NCBI GenBank assembly: GCA_951406725.2
Contig: OX597817.1
Coordinates: forward strand, 102,858,001-102,922,000
DNA length: 64,000 bases
Reading direction: 5' to 3'
DNA from: Octopus vulgaris
Lineage: Eukaryota
Made by a program: the position numbers and the translations under genes. Shown here in pieces: positions 43,975 through 57,667 of the stretch (position 1 is its first letter; each line of letters starts with the position of its first letter). The notes beneath the pieces were generated by a model. It did not search any database, had not been told where the DNA came from, and was given only the letters and a program-made list of their open reading frames with translations.

Positions 43975-44025
<51 letters not shown>
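43308..44025 (-). mobile_element. Penelope pLTR-like fragment between two (TA)n tracts
   Basis: Internal direct repeats (gcgcctaaaatttctt, ggtcacgtg); degenerate hammerhead at ~43461-43502. Confidence 0.45.
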
Positions 44026-44027
<2 letters not shown>

Positions 44028-44239
44028 CATATATATTTATATCTACACACATACACACATATATATGCATATATGGGTACAGGACATCACAAACCGCAAA
44101 CAACATGAAATACAAAAACAAAAGAGTTGAGTACATAAACAACGAAAAAGAAATGGAAAACAGGACAAGTAACATAAAGAACGGCCCTTCATCAGTTGTC
44201 GGCTGTCCATATACTCCTCATTTCGAGCATTGAACGACA

Positions 44240-44461
44240 TTGTCCTCCACCACCGTTTGACAACCGGTGTTGGAGTGTTTACGTTCCCGTAACTTAGCGG
44301 TTCGCCAAAAGTGACCGCTAGGATAAGTACCAGGCTTTAAAAAAATAAGGACTGGAGTCGATTCATTCAACTAAAAAAAAATCCTTCTAGGGTACCCCAG
44401 CATGACCGCAGTCTAATGACTGAAATAAGTAAAAGATGTAAAATAAAATACACACATAAAA

Positions 44462-44507
<46 letters not shown>

Positions 44508-44822
44508 CTGTATTCTTTTATTCTAATACTTGTTTCAGTCATTTGACAGCGGCCATGCTGGAGCTCCTTTATTCGAGCAAATCGACCACAAGACTTATTC
44601 TTTGGAAGCCTAGTACTTATTCTATCGGTCTCTTTTGCCGATCCGCTAAGTTACGGGGACGTAAACACAGCAGCATCGATTGTCAAGCGATGTCGGTGGG
44701 ACAAACACACACACACACATACATACATATATATATACGACAGGCTTCTTTCAGTTTCCGTCTACAAAATCCACTCACAAGGCTTTGGTCGGCCTGAGGC
44801 TATAGTAGAAGACACTTGCCCA
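44240..44822. mobile_element. Two SINE family B copies tail-to-tail around (CA)n
   Basis: + 3' half ~44240-44450; - copy ~44510-44822; similar to 47072-47465. Confidence 0.8.
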
Positions 44823-45442
44823 GTAACTATCTCACCACTCCTATATCTTGACCCAACACTATTTTCCTCTGCTATTCTCTAAATTATAGTAGGCTTAAGA
44901 TATGCATATTTTTCTGCACTCATTCTGCCTCAAGTATAACATAAGGAGACAATGTAATCATTTAGTTTCTAGTACTGATATAAATTTGTTAAAAATGGTT
45001 TATCCTTTATGTTGGAAATCTATATGGTCATCTATGGCTGAGGAGAGCGGTTTCTTTCAAATTGATGTAATGTTTTCATTGATCGATTAAATGGAGCCGC
45101 TGGAAACCGCCGTAATGTATTGATACCTGGACAAACTTTTTACTTATTTACATTCTGTTCACCTAACTTGGAGTTGTGCAGACTATACTGAACTGGCTTA
45201 GTGCTTCAATTTAAGTACCTAATTCAACTGGCTCTTAGCTTAGACTTTTTGGGGGGCAACAAGATCGAACCGTCTTATGTGTAACTGCCCAAAATGGTTG
45301 TGACTTCTGGGACTTAACTGAGGAAAGAAGGTACGAATGACCCGTCTTTTTATGCCTGTCCTTCTAATTGATGTTTCTCTTGTCCGCCTTGTATCGTCTA
45401 TCTGTCCGAATGTTTTATTGTACTCTATTGCGTTTTTGTTTC

Positions 45443-45487
<45 letters not shown>

Positions 45488-46148
45488 CACGGATCTCACG
45501 AACCATCCTACCAGGAGTATTAGATTATTCTAATACTCCTGCAAAGACCATCGTTAAGAGGAGAATTCAACGCACTCAATACCACTTGGTTTTCAAACAA
45601 TACTGATAACAAAAGTGGTGATGCAAACTCTGATAATCCGTTTTCTTGGTTTCCAGATTTTATCCAGAACATCTTGAAAGCATTCAATTTTTCTCTCCCC
45701 TTTTTTGTATCATGGTTTTATTTTCCCATTTTAATTGGATTCTCAATTTGAAAGTTCTACCTGGTTGAGTGGACATGGAGTTGATCAAACGCTCGAACAG
45801 TCGACAGTTCAAACCCCGTGAAGATACTTAAATCTCCCAATAAACATATACTATAGGTAAAAGTCACCCAAGTAAATAGAGATGTTTGTGGTGAGTATAG
45901 ATACATCAACTGTCAAGACACTGATGATCTGGAACCTCGTATAATCCGTACTAATTTACACTAATATACAGGTCTTTGTATTTCATATAATTATCTAAGT
46001 AAACTTAATATTTGTTTAATTTAGAATGTGCTGAGGAAAGTAACCATCCCTGGTTCGGAAAAATTAGTAACCTGGAAAGTTTTGGGAATAAAAGGTTCCG
46101 GGAAAATGATGTAGTACATGTAGCGTACAAGTATCATGTTTAACTCTC

Positions 46149-46335
46149 AAGGCAGCGAGATTAGCGGCATTTCATCCGTCTTCATGATCCGAGTTCAAAA
46201 TGCGCCGAAGCCGACTCTGCCTTCCATCTCTTTGTAGTCGATAAAATAAGAACCAGCTGAGCACTGGGGTCGATATAACCGACTTACCCCTCCGCTAAAA
46301 TTGCTGGCCTTGAGCCAAAAATTTGAAATCAGTAT
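46149..46335 (+). mobile_element. tRNA-derived SINE family A
   Basis: aaggcagcgag...gagttcaaa...gtcgataaaataag...aaattgctggcctt. Confidence 0.75.
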
Positions 46336-47037
46336 TATGTTTAACTCATCATAAGTAGACCAGGCGGGAAAATGGCTCGATTAGTGAGACTCGCCGATGG
46401 TATACCATTAGAAAAATGTTTATGCGATTGAAAGAATTACTGAACTCACCGCCGCCACAAACTAGCTGACTGGCTAACAAAGACAACAAGCGTATGCATC
46501 TCTCAACCTGCTACAAACAGTAGCTAAGTTTCCGTACTGTCACTTAAAAGACTGATATAATACAACTGGAACGCCTGCGAGGAAAAGTGTTTCAATAGAG
46601 CTGACCAGCAAGTAGAGAACAAGCTGAATAGATCAAATTCAGATATTAAAATGTTATTCTTTTTCATATTTAGTTTACAGTGTGTAATGTTTTGCTAGAA
46701 TGAGAATAAAATCATTCAAGTAAAATTATTAAATCATCCGATTTAATCGTCTTAATAGCTGTATGTGACAGGGGCAGAGGGAAATGTTTTATATTGTTTG
46801 TTAAGGTTTCGTTGAAGGGATGGATATTCGAGGATGTTTATTATGTCACAAAGGAACTGTTTCCATCAGTATGACTGATTTTGTGCAGTAAAAAACTCTT
46901 TGTGGGAGGCAATTTGGGACACGTGACATCAGCGTTCAGACAGAAGGGAGGGAAAAGGTCGCAAATGGAGAGAGTGGGTGTTGAAAGAAACCAAAAAACT
47001 AAAATAGTGCAAAGGCGAAAGGGTGCGAAGGGAAGGG

Positions 47038-47071
<34 letters not shown>

Positions 47072-47073
<2 letters not shown>

Positions 47074-47465
47074 TAGCATGCTTACCAACCACATGGTTCC
47101 GGGTTCAGTCCCACTGCGTGGTACTTTGGGCAAGTGTCTTCTACTCTAGCCTTGGGCCGACCAAAGCCTTGTGAGTGGATTTGGTAAACGGAAACTGAAA
47201 GAAGCCCGTCGTATATATATGTATATATGTGTGTGTGTATGTGTGTGCATATGTTTGTGTGTCTGTTTGTTCCACCAACTTCGCTTGACAACTGATGCTG
47301 GTGTGTTTACGTCCCCGTAACTTAGCGGTTCGGCAAAAGAGACCCATAGAATAAGTGCTAGGCTTCCAAAGAATAAGTCCTGGGGTCTATTTGCTTTACT
47401 AAAGGCGGTGCTCCAGCATGGCCGCAATCAAATGACTGAAACCAGTAAAAGAGTAAAAAGAGTAA
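47072..47465 (+). mobile_element. tRNA-derived SINE family B with internal microsatellite
   Basis: B-box-like ggttcagtccc, central (TA/TG)n, (gtaaaaga)n tail; several copies in window. Confidence 0.85.
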
Positions 47466-48399
47466 GTAGAGAGTATGTATGTAATACAGAGATCGACAGA
47501 CAGACAGGCAGGCAGAAAGAGAGAGAGTAGGAGAGGGGAGGAGAAAGAGAAAGAGAGGGGAGAGAGAGAGAACAGCATCCACTCTCATACTCTCTTTTGA
47601 TGACCGACATAACATATAAGTGGATTGATTGGTTAGTTACAAACCATACTAGTTTGGAGTAAAACATGCATTTTAAATTTTATCTCCGCCTCTATCACTA
47701 GAGATACACACACACAAGTATTGGTAAAAGTGTGACAAGAAAACTGTTGTATTTACAGTTGTATAGTTTTTTGCGAAAAACTACATCTCCTATGTCCCAG
47801 TCTGTACAGTTGGATTGAACCGGAACTTACTCGCACCCTATAAACATGCAAGGACAACATCAAAAGCTACCTTAGTTACTTCTTTACTTGTGGAACTACA
47901 AATTTATTCCTTTGGTAATCATCTGACCTTTATAGAAGCATTTCATTCTTATTATTTGTTAAAATCGGTATTGTTTCTTTTTTTTTCTACACGTGAGTTG
48001 CTTTTGTTTCCACTAGCAAATTTACTAACTTTTCATTGTGTTTTTCATCCATTCAACTCCTCTTCCATTCCCTTTACTCTCCTTTTTCGTCCCACTCGCT
48101 GTTTTCTGTTTCATTTTCTATCCAGCTTGTTTTTTCTTTATTTAACAGATTTAATCCTTATAATATAACAAATATAATCCTTATAATAGATAATACAACT
48201 TTTCTTTTTAACATTTGCAACGAGCCTAACATTTTCAGAGATGAGTAAACTTCGAATGTTAAAACAATTGTTTTTCTTTCTCATAGCTACTTCGACCCGC
48301 CCAATAACAACGTTTATATTTTATAGTGAGCGACCATATACTTCATTCTCCTTACATATATCTATTTATCTGTGTATGTTTATCTATCTTTCTGTCGAG

Positions 48400-48699
<300 letters not shown>

Positions 48700-48938
48700 A
48701 ATTTTTATATGTGGGTGTTGATGTGTGTGTATGTGTGTGTGTGTTTGTGCGCTTGCTCTTGTGTGTGTAACCTAACCTACCGGTTCATGGGCCGTATGTT
48801 CTTAACTGGCTTTTTCTTTGTTCCAGATGAGAACAGGTACTCCATAAATGCCATAGTTCAATAAATTCGGAGCGAGTCGGGTGGTAACCTTCAGATATTC
48901 TAGTTCGTGAAACATTAATTTTATTATTGTCATCATGA

Positions 48939-48951
48939 ACACACACGCACG

Positions 48952-49048
<97 letters not shown>

Positions 49049-49063
49049 ACACTCACACACACA
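48939..49063. repeat. (CA)n microsatellite
   Basis: Direct reading. Confidence 0.95.
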
Positions 49064-49277
49064 AATTTTATACATTCATATCCCTAACTATTTATATTAG
49101 GTATGCACTCGTCTGTGTATATCTATCTTTTTATCATGGATCCTCTGTCGATTTCAACAACAAACTCAGATGTTTAAGCAGCTCACATTCTCGTTAAATT
49201 AACGTATAGGTGGCCGAATATTCCACATACATGTGAAATCCTAACATAATTCCTCCAAATAAATTAGCGTTTTACTT

Positions 49278-49298
49278 TCTATCTCTGTCTATCTCCCG

Positions 49299-49341
<43 letters not shown>

Positions 49342-49522
49342 ATCTCTCTACACACACACTCTTTCTCTCTCACACTCACACACACAGACACACACATGCA
49401 CGCGCACACACACACACACACACACATACGCACGCGCACGCACACACACACACTCTTTCTCTCTCACACTCACACACACAGACACACACGCACGCACGCA
49501 CACACTCACACACACACACACA

Positions 49523-49574
<52 letters not shown>
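49278..49574. repeat. (CT)n/(CA)n compound microsatellite
   Basis: Direct reading. Confidence 0.9.
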
Positions 49575-49576
<2 letters not shown>

Positions 49577-49643
49577 GTGAACACATAAGTTCAAAACAAG
49601 GTAGAAAAAAATAGTACTCGAATATCAAAGGTAGAGTATTATG

Positions 49644-49788
49644 CTTTTATTAAAGCTGCAAAATTATCACCGAACTGTTTGTTACTCAGAGTTTCTTGTT
49701 CCCGTTCGTCGGACAGTTGTGATGTCCGACGAACGGGAACGCGAAATTCTGAGTAAGTTTTGTGATAATTTTGCAGCTTTAATAAAAG
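49644..49788. repeat. Inverted repeat of hammerhead-like pLTR end
   Basis: Arms of ~65-70 bp around loop gttgtga; each arm reads CCGACGA..GAAA..ctgagTA then AATAAA. Confidence 0.8.
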
Positions 49789-49982
49789 TGTGTGTGTGTG
49801 TGTACTTTTATTAAAGTATATGTGTGTGTATATGTATATGTACTTATATATATATAGATATATATGGACGCTTGAATAACAGGTACAGCCGACGTGCTCA
49901 CATACACTTTTTGCCCAGTTTTACTTACTAAGTTTGGCTAGACCCGAAGGTATGTTAAAAGACATTTATCTAATATGCCCTA

Positions 49983-50156
49983 TGAGACCATCTTAGTAAT
50001 ATTATGAGTCCCCGAGCAATTCAGTGCATTGGGCCCCTCTAATATTTATTTATTGACTACAGATCGTAACATACACAGATGAGAATTGGGCTCCTAGACC
50101 TGGGAGGCCCATAGGTAACTAACTACTCTATGATCCCTTACCTAAAGATGGCACTG
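49983..50156. mobile_element. Small hAT-type MITE nested in a decayed SINE
   Basis: Ends ..ccatctt / aagatggcactg; 8-bp TSD ATGCCCTA / ATGCCGTA. Confidence 0.5.
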
Positions 50157-50305
50157 ATGCCGTACACGGGAATCGAATCCGGAGCTTTCATGACTGCTAC
50201 GCGAAGTGTGATTCATGGCAACATGCTTTAAACCTTCCATACTAGTTTTCACTTTTCGACTTCTTTGTGGCTGCTTGGTGATTCATTAACATTAGTTCTC
50301 TCTCT

Positions 50306-50709
50306 AAGGCGGCGAGCTGGCAGAAGCGTTAGCACGCCGGGTGAAATGCTTAGCGGTATTTAATCTGTCGTTACGTTCTGAGTTCAAATTCCGCCGAGGC
50401 CGACTTTGCCTTTCATCCTTTCAGTGTCGATTAAATAAGTACCAGTTACGCACTGGGGTCAATATAATCGACTTAATCCGTTTGTCTGTCCTTGTTTGTC
50501 CTCTCTGTGTTTAGCCCCTTGTGGGTAGTAAAGAAATAGAAATAGGTATTTCGTCTGTCTTTATGTTCTGAGTTCAAATTCCGCCGAAGTCGACTTTGCC
50601 TTTCACCCTTTCGGGGTCGATAAAATAAGTACCAGTTGCGTACTGAGGTCGATCTAATCGACTGGCACCCTCCCCCAAAATTTCGGGCCTTGTGTCTAGA
50701 ATAGAGAAG
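50306..50709 (+). mobile_element. Young tRNA-derived SINE family A with internal duplication
   Basis: A/B boxes, CpG-rich; segment ttctgagttcaaattccgccga...taatcgact occurs twice; 18-bp TSD AACATTAGTTCTCTCTCT. Confidence 0.88.
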
Positions 50710-51060
50710 AACATTAGTTCTCTCTCTCTCTCTCCCCCCTCTCTCTCTATTGTGTCTGCGTGTGTTTGTGTTTGTGTATTACGGTATCGACCAGATGTTG
50801 TTATAATCGCTGGTCACAATGCGCTTCGTATTGTTTTACCTTGCGAATGGCGCCATCCCTCTCGCTGGCCAGGCGAGCGGGCCAACATTGCCCCTGATCG
50901 GAAGACTATTCCTATTTACAGCTGAATGGACTGGGGCAACATGAAATGAAACGTGCACTCCCCGGTCCAGAGAAACACATTCATACATACATACATACAT
51001 ACAAATACACACACACACACACAGATATGTATGTATGTATATTGTATGTATGCATATCTA

Positions 51061-51470
51061 CAGTTTGGTGCTCCTGCGCCTCTGACATTGTTTCCTCATA
51101 ACTTTCTGAAAAATCCATATTTTTAAAAGAAATTTTGCAGAAGTACGTTTTCGAGAGTATGGATTACGTAAAACTGACATCTCAAAAATATAAACCTGAA
51201 AAAAAAAATAAATAAACTGTGAAAAAATGTTCGTGTTGGTGCCCCAGCATGGCCGCAGCTCTCGAGGTGAAACTAGTAAAAAAAAAAGTTATGGAAATTG
51301 TTGAGAAAAAGGTCGGGATTAATGATCCTACACTCCTCCAAAAATGTTTTCTAAGTTCTATCAGCATTGTCATCTAAACCTTCGAAAACGTAACCTATGC
51401 AAAATTTCATTCAAATTAACGCATTTTTCTGAGATTTACGAGGAAAGAAAGCCAGAGGTGCACCAAATTG
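51061..51470. mobile_element. MITE with long imperfect TIRs
   Basis: cagtttggtgc..cctctg..tttcctc.taa..tc.gaaaaat matches the reverse complement of 51420-51470. Confidence 0.55.
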
Positions 51471-51562
51471 GCATAATCATGTGGTTAAGAATTTCACATC
51501 GGGTTCGTACCATAGTTTCGGGTCGTTCCAAGCTTTGTGACTAAAGCTGGTTAGATAGAAAA

Positions 51563-51566
<4 letters not shown>

Positions 51567-51643
<77 letters not shown>

Positions 51644-51645
51644 GT
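51567..51645. repeat. (TG)n microsatellite
   Basis: Direct reading. Confidence 0.95.
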
Positions 51646-51893
51646 ATCTAAGACGTCGGAGTGCTTGGACTGACTGTACCTGTAGTACCAAGTCACACAT
51701 TGTCACATTGATTCTTCCTGAGCATCATCTTAAGGGTCACATTTCTATTCAATGCTCAATTGCTATAAGTCAATGAGTAGGTAGTCCAGTTGATGGAATA
51801 ACTGAAATGCTCACCGTCGAAACTGACGGAAATCCATTATGGTGGTATTGCTCTCTGTCTTTGTATGTATATATACATGTATGTATGTTTATA

Positions 51894-51961
<68 letters not shown>

Positions 51962-53297
51962 TGCATATATGTATAATATATATTCATATATATGTCATTC
52001 ATATCGCATATTCAAAAATGTTTTCGAATGTAAAGTTTTTATATTGTATTTTAAACATGCTGACATGTTTACTAAAATATCCATGTCTGTATGTGTATGC
52101 TATTTGTTTTCTGAGTGTACGTCTATCCTTCTGTGTATTTTAACATATAGTTTTAATCTCTGATTTCAACTCTCAACAAATTATCAACATTTTATTTAAC
52201 AATTACTAAATATTATTGTGACGTAATCAGGCTGATGAAACTGTTCTAGTGTTAGCACCATTTTTGCCTTTCATACACCATAGATATAACAGCTTTTATC
52301 AAATAACCAACCAACCCTCTGTTCCCTTCGATAAACTATAAAAATGATTTTCTCAAATCATCATACTTGTATCAAATAAAGGAATTGGTTATTAATAGAC
52401 AGACTGTTACCTCCTTTTTTTGCCTCTTGTTTTACTGAATTTGGGCTTCCTGGCCGTTTGTTACCGCACCCTAATTCTCCTCTATCCTCTATGTCAGCTG
52501 ATTCTTTTAGAAGAAAGAAGGCAACATAAAATTTCTGCCTGCAAGTCAAAGTATGTGCTTTACTCTCAGCATCCTACGTGCAGCAGATTGTGTAGGGGCT
52601 AACAGAGAATAACTTACCCAGTACTTCGTTACTGCATTCTAATCTTATCTTACTCCATCATACCATTCTATTTCCCTTTATTAACGCCTTCACTGAAAGC
52701 ATGTTTTTTTTTATTTACTTATTTATGATCAAAATAGGTAAGGTATCTCATTTTCGTGTTACACAGTTCTGATCTTTAACTACGTTAGAGAAAAGTAAAT
52801 CAGATATTTCCGTTAATGTTTAAAATCTCATATGTGTGGAATAGATAAAAATCTGGATCTGATCCACAAGATAAACAAATAAGCTACATCGGCGCGAAAG
52901 TAAAAAATGCCAAGAATTAAACTCAGGAATTTTGATTAACGAAAGGATAACAGAACTTACAAACTTCCTCAAATTTCACCTAAGCTAAAGTATCAAGAAG
53001 CTGAAGTCCATTTCCACCCAGCCAGCCATCCCAGAGTTTCTATAAATAAGCTGGCGAGAGGAAGGGTGAGAGGGCAAGTAAATTAAGAATCTGTAAATAA
53101 AACAAAAAGGTGCATACATATACAACTTATTCACCTATATAAACATAGGTTTAAGAGTTACTTCTTCTGGTTGAATTTTAATGAACATGCCAAAGGGTAA
53201 TGAGAAATTCATGCATTCATGTGTGTGTGTGTGTGTGTATTTGTAAATCTCAAATTTTTTTACTAGATTTCTTCGACCACTTCGTTTTACTAAAATC

Positions 53298-53335
53298 CAC
53301 ACACACACACACACACACACACCTATCTCTCTCTT

Positions 53336-53390
<55 letters not shown>

Positions 53391-53396
53391 ATCTCT
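53298..53396. repeat. (CA)n(CT)n microsatellite
   Basis: Direct reading. Confidence 0.9.
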
Positions 53397-54384
53397 TATG
53401 TTTTTTTTCATGTTACGCTACAACAATAGATAAAGCTTTATACAGTTGATAAAATAAAAACATACCTATTATAAATAGTGCGCATTGCAGACGACAGTCA
53501 CATGTGAGGTTGAAGGGTAGTTATAGCATCCCATGAACCATGCCTATCTTCATTTCTATAAATTTTAAATTACGTAAATAGACTTATTTAGGCTACAAAA
53601 CTTCGATGAAATCAAGAAATCAACTCGATTTTCCATTCCTTCCTTATTTTAACAATGTTTCTTTTTGCCCCGTATATTCAAAGAGAAAGCATCAATCCGG
53701 TCGTTCAACCTGTTTTCTTTTTCAAATAACACACCCTTATAGTATCTTTTTTTTTTTTTTGTCAAGATGAGGTCGTCAACACTGGAGTACCTTTGGCCAT
53801 AAGTTTGCTCGATTAGGGCCTAGAGCTAAGCTACAGCTTCAATCCCATTTAAATACAATAGTTGATTCGAAATCAAACATCAACACGAGCCAATGAAGGA
53901 ATCATTATATATTCACTCAATTTGCTAGAAATAGTAACCAAATCTCCCACAAATCATACTACATCATTTTAAATGAAGACGGACGTACATGATAATGTAA
54001 TCCTAAATGCTCAAGGCCTTAGAAATAAATGGGACGGTCAGGACATTAATCATAGATCTACTCAACCAGGGCAGACTTGGGTCTAAGCAACAGCAACATT
54101 GACTGTTCGAGCTCCATTCATGTGTTCATAACCTTGACGCATGTTAAGCCGTTTTGTTATTAGGTGGTCTAATTAGCTACACAAATGTAGACTAAACAAT
54201 CGGATTACAGGAATCTATAAGTTTCTGTTACAAATATATTCGAATTAAATAATTGTATTAATGTCATAATTTATCATTTATAGAGTGAATGGGTTTATTA
54301 ACTTTATCACATGTTTCTGTCTTCACAACATTTCAACAAATAGATTGTCTGGTAATATTCAGAACCCATTTCATATCCTTTTAA

Positions 54385-54730
54385 TGTTTTACTTATTTCA
54401 GTTAAAAGACTGCGCTCATGCTTGGGCACCACCCTCAAAGGTTTAATTATTTACATCAGCTTCAGTATTTACATTTAAATTTCATACTTATTTTATTGAT
54501 CTCTATTTATCAAACGCGAAGTTATGGAACATAAAGAAATATAAACGCGGATACGTGCACGCACGCGCGCACATACACACAAGACGGGCTTCCGAACAGT
54601 TTCCGTCGACCAAATTTTACTCACAATGTATTGATCGACTCGAGACTAGAGAAGACATTTGTCAATGTGTGGCATAGTGATATTGAAAGTGAAACCACAT
54701 AGTTGCGAAGCGAATTCCTTAACTACATAC
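54385..54730 (-). mobile_element. Diverged SINE family B
   Basis: Colinear similarity with 44510-44822. Confidence 0.6.
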
Positions 54731-54829
54731 CAATCTTTGAAAGACTGTTGTTGTTGTCGTCGTCATCTTCGTTATTTATCTCCAAAGCAGTCCTGATTAT
54801 AGAGGTGTATGATCAAAAGTCATTCCGTA

Positions 54830-56750
54830 CAGTGATGTAACTAGATTCTAAAGGTAGGGGGAGCGATCACGTAAAAGGCTGCCAGGATACATTTTTATTT
54901 TGCTTTTACAACCACTAAAATCGAAGCACAAGAAAGCTACCACTTTTATGGAAGTACGTAATCGTTATTTTGTAGTTAAAATGAAAATCCAACAGTTTCG
55001 CTGTAAGCTCATAAATTTTAAGGCATAGTAAAAAAAAAACACGATGTTAAATTATTTTGAATTTTAATATAAAATGGAAACAAATTATCAATATGAAAAC
55101 TGTATTATAAATCTGCAACAGTTTCTTTTGCCTTAGCGTTACTTTAGCAAAGTTATCTGTTACTTCATTATTATCCACTTCAGTTACCAAGTCTTTTTCA
55201 AATAAGAGCAAAACTAACACAGACAATTTATCCTCACCCATTGCACAATGAAGGTAGGGCTTTATGTATCTTAGCCGACTGGAGGATTGTTCCGCTAGTG
55301 CGCTAGTAATTTTCAAGGTCAGAATATAATGTGGTACAATGGGACGGGTTTTGATAAATAGAACACACGTCATTAGTGGTCATTAATTTAAATATACGGT
55401 TGACATTTTCTCGACACTAAATTTTTCTTATTGCTTGTGTTCACTACTTGTTTGTATTCTTTGTATATATCTTTGAATGAATGGAACTCATGCACGATTT
55501 CAGTTTGACTGTGGATGAGATCTGAATGCTATAAATTCTCATTTGTTCACATTATTTGTGTCGTTAAAACGCTTTGGATTTTGAGTACTAAATTTAGACG
55601 TTTTTAAAAATGTTCAAATCAAATGTTTGATATTTATAGTTAAATTCAAGAATATTATGTAGGATTCAATAATGAATTTCTTTTGAACTTCAAATACTCC
55701 TGTATTCTTTGCAGTTTCAGCTTGGAATCTTTTTATTTTTCATTCCCAGAGTAGCTAATATTCTGTACACATTTTAAAAACCAACTTTAGCTGTTTCGTT
55801 TTAAGCTTGTTTGAATTGAGATTTATACTCATTTCGTATATTTTTCATATCTTTTTCAAAAATGAGAAACCATTACCATGTCTAGACTACTCTACTATAA
55901 CTACATAAATAAAATGAAAACCTTGTTTAGCGCTATACTCCAAGATATAAATTGTTTCTACTACATCATTTGCTTCAGTGTGAGTTTCGTATGCGAACAG
56001 TTTTCTGTTAGCGCTGATACATTCTGCCAGACTCCATCCTTGTAAGTTTTTTGGTGTCCAATTGGCATCACAAGATTTCTTTGGAATTAGTGCTAACCAT
56101 TTGATGGTGTTGTTCTTTTAGTTCTGAAAGACGAAGTAAATTGCCAAAGAAAAAGGTATAGACACTTTATAGAGTTACCAAAAGCAGTTTGGTTTGAATA
56201 TTGACGTTTAGTTGTGGCAATTAGAATAATTTCAAATTGAAGCAACTTCCCTAATCTTTGGAGGTCAAATATTTTACCTGACATGGTGCTTGCTCCATCA
56301 TAAGACTGACCGTTGCATATGGTTATTGGAAGTCCTACATTTTTGATTGTTGAAAGAATGTTGGAAAATGTCCGGCCTATGCTCCTGGTAATTTATAGTA
56401 TTATACAAACTATTCCACTGTTTCACAGTTTTCTGCAAAGAGAAAGAAAATTGATCAATTCTGCTGATGTCAATAGCGGAGAAAGACGTTCTATCCGAAG
56501 CAATAATCTAATACCGAAATCAAACAATTGGAATAGAGGTGTAGGAGATCTTTTCTGTTTGGTGTATACTTCCAGTTTCATTGAAAATTTCCACACACAT
56601 AGTTTTTCATACCAATTATGAAAATTCATAACCATTTTTGGAGAAATTAATAATTAAACATGCTGAAATTTTTTGTAAATTTAGCCAGCGAGATCCATCC
56701 ATTCTCGACATACCATCGCTTTGTTATGGAATGTGCCATGATTTTTTTTT
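54830..56750 (-). mobile_element. hAT (ZMYM1/Tip100-like) transposase relic
   Basis: CNGQSYDGASTMSGK; C-terminal dimerisation segment AEQSSSRLRYIKPYLHCAMGEDKLSVL; CAGTGATGTAACTAG TIR-like end at 54830; other end not found. Confidence 0.75.
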
Positions 56751-57667
56751 TTTTGGTTTTTAGCTTTTTTCGAAATTCGACTATGACAATCACACTATCA
56801 AATTATTTTCTTAGAAATTAATAAAAACGTTACAAAATTTTTAAAAATTAAAATATTTAATGGAAGAAAATGGTACCCTTCTCCTCCGAATTAAAGCGAA
56901 ACCCTTAACCTAAACTCTACATCCTTACCATAACCCTAAACACTACTCCCTAACCTTAAATCCTAACCCTAACCATATAATGCTATGGGGACATACGCAA
57001 ATAACAAGTTATTGAAGTCCATAACATCGAGAATGAATTGATCTGATTGGTTAAAATAACAAAACAAATTCGATCTGTATAGATTTGTAACATTTTAATA
57101 TTTTCTCCAAAAATATGGTTGAAATTTTCGTAATTGGCATGAAAATTACATCTGTGAAGAAATTCTCAATAAAATCGGACACGGTACACCAAACCGAAAA
57201 GATCCATTGTATGTAAAGTTGTATGCACATGAAAAAAAGGTACAATAAATCATATTGAATACAAAATAATACTCTTGCAGAGTATAAACAATAAAGCCAC
57301 TTAAATTAGCAGCTAAATTACATAGTTATACAATAGAGGAACATATCAAGAATCTCTAGGGAGTATTGAAAGTTGGTAAATGCAACGAGTATGCTAGAAA
57401 AAAACAGTGGAAGTTTGTATTCATATCGAATCGAAGAATGTCTCGGTTCACTGATTCTGAGCTGTTAGCATTCTTCCCGTGGTTGAATAATCTCTCAGCA
57501 ACTGTAGGATCTATTTGTTTATCTCTCGATTGTTGAAACCTGTGCGAGTACAGAATCTGTTGACGCTTGTCTCAGAATGTGATCGAAACGAGCGAATGAC
57601 AGTGAAAGAGAAAGAGAAAGAGAAAGAGAGATAGAAAAGAAGAGTGACTGGCCAAGAACGATATGTG

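Noticed and set aside
44180-44242. CTGATGA with upstream GAAA on minus strand (possible type II hammerhead)
   Set aside because: Could not form convincing stems II and III by eye
45512-45541. Perfect 13-bp hairpin CAGGAGTATTAGA/TCTAATACTCCTG
   Set aside because: Real but short and with no supporting context; a bacterial-type terminator is irrelevant here
48822-48915. CAGATGA-gaac...gttc-gt-GAAA hammerhead-like spacing
   Set aside because: Core altered, extra bases before GAAA, no stem I/III
52230-52250. CTGATGAAAC motif
   Set aside because: No stem II or surrounding helices
56900-56975. True telomeric array or chromosome fusion site
   Set aside because: Short and degenerate, adjacent to DNA-transposon relics
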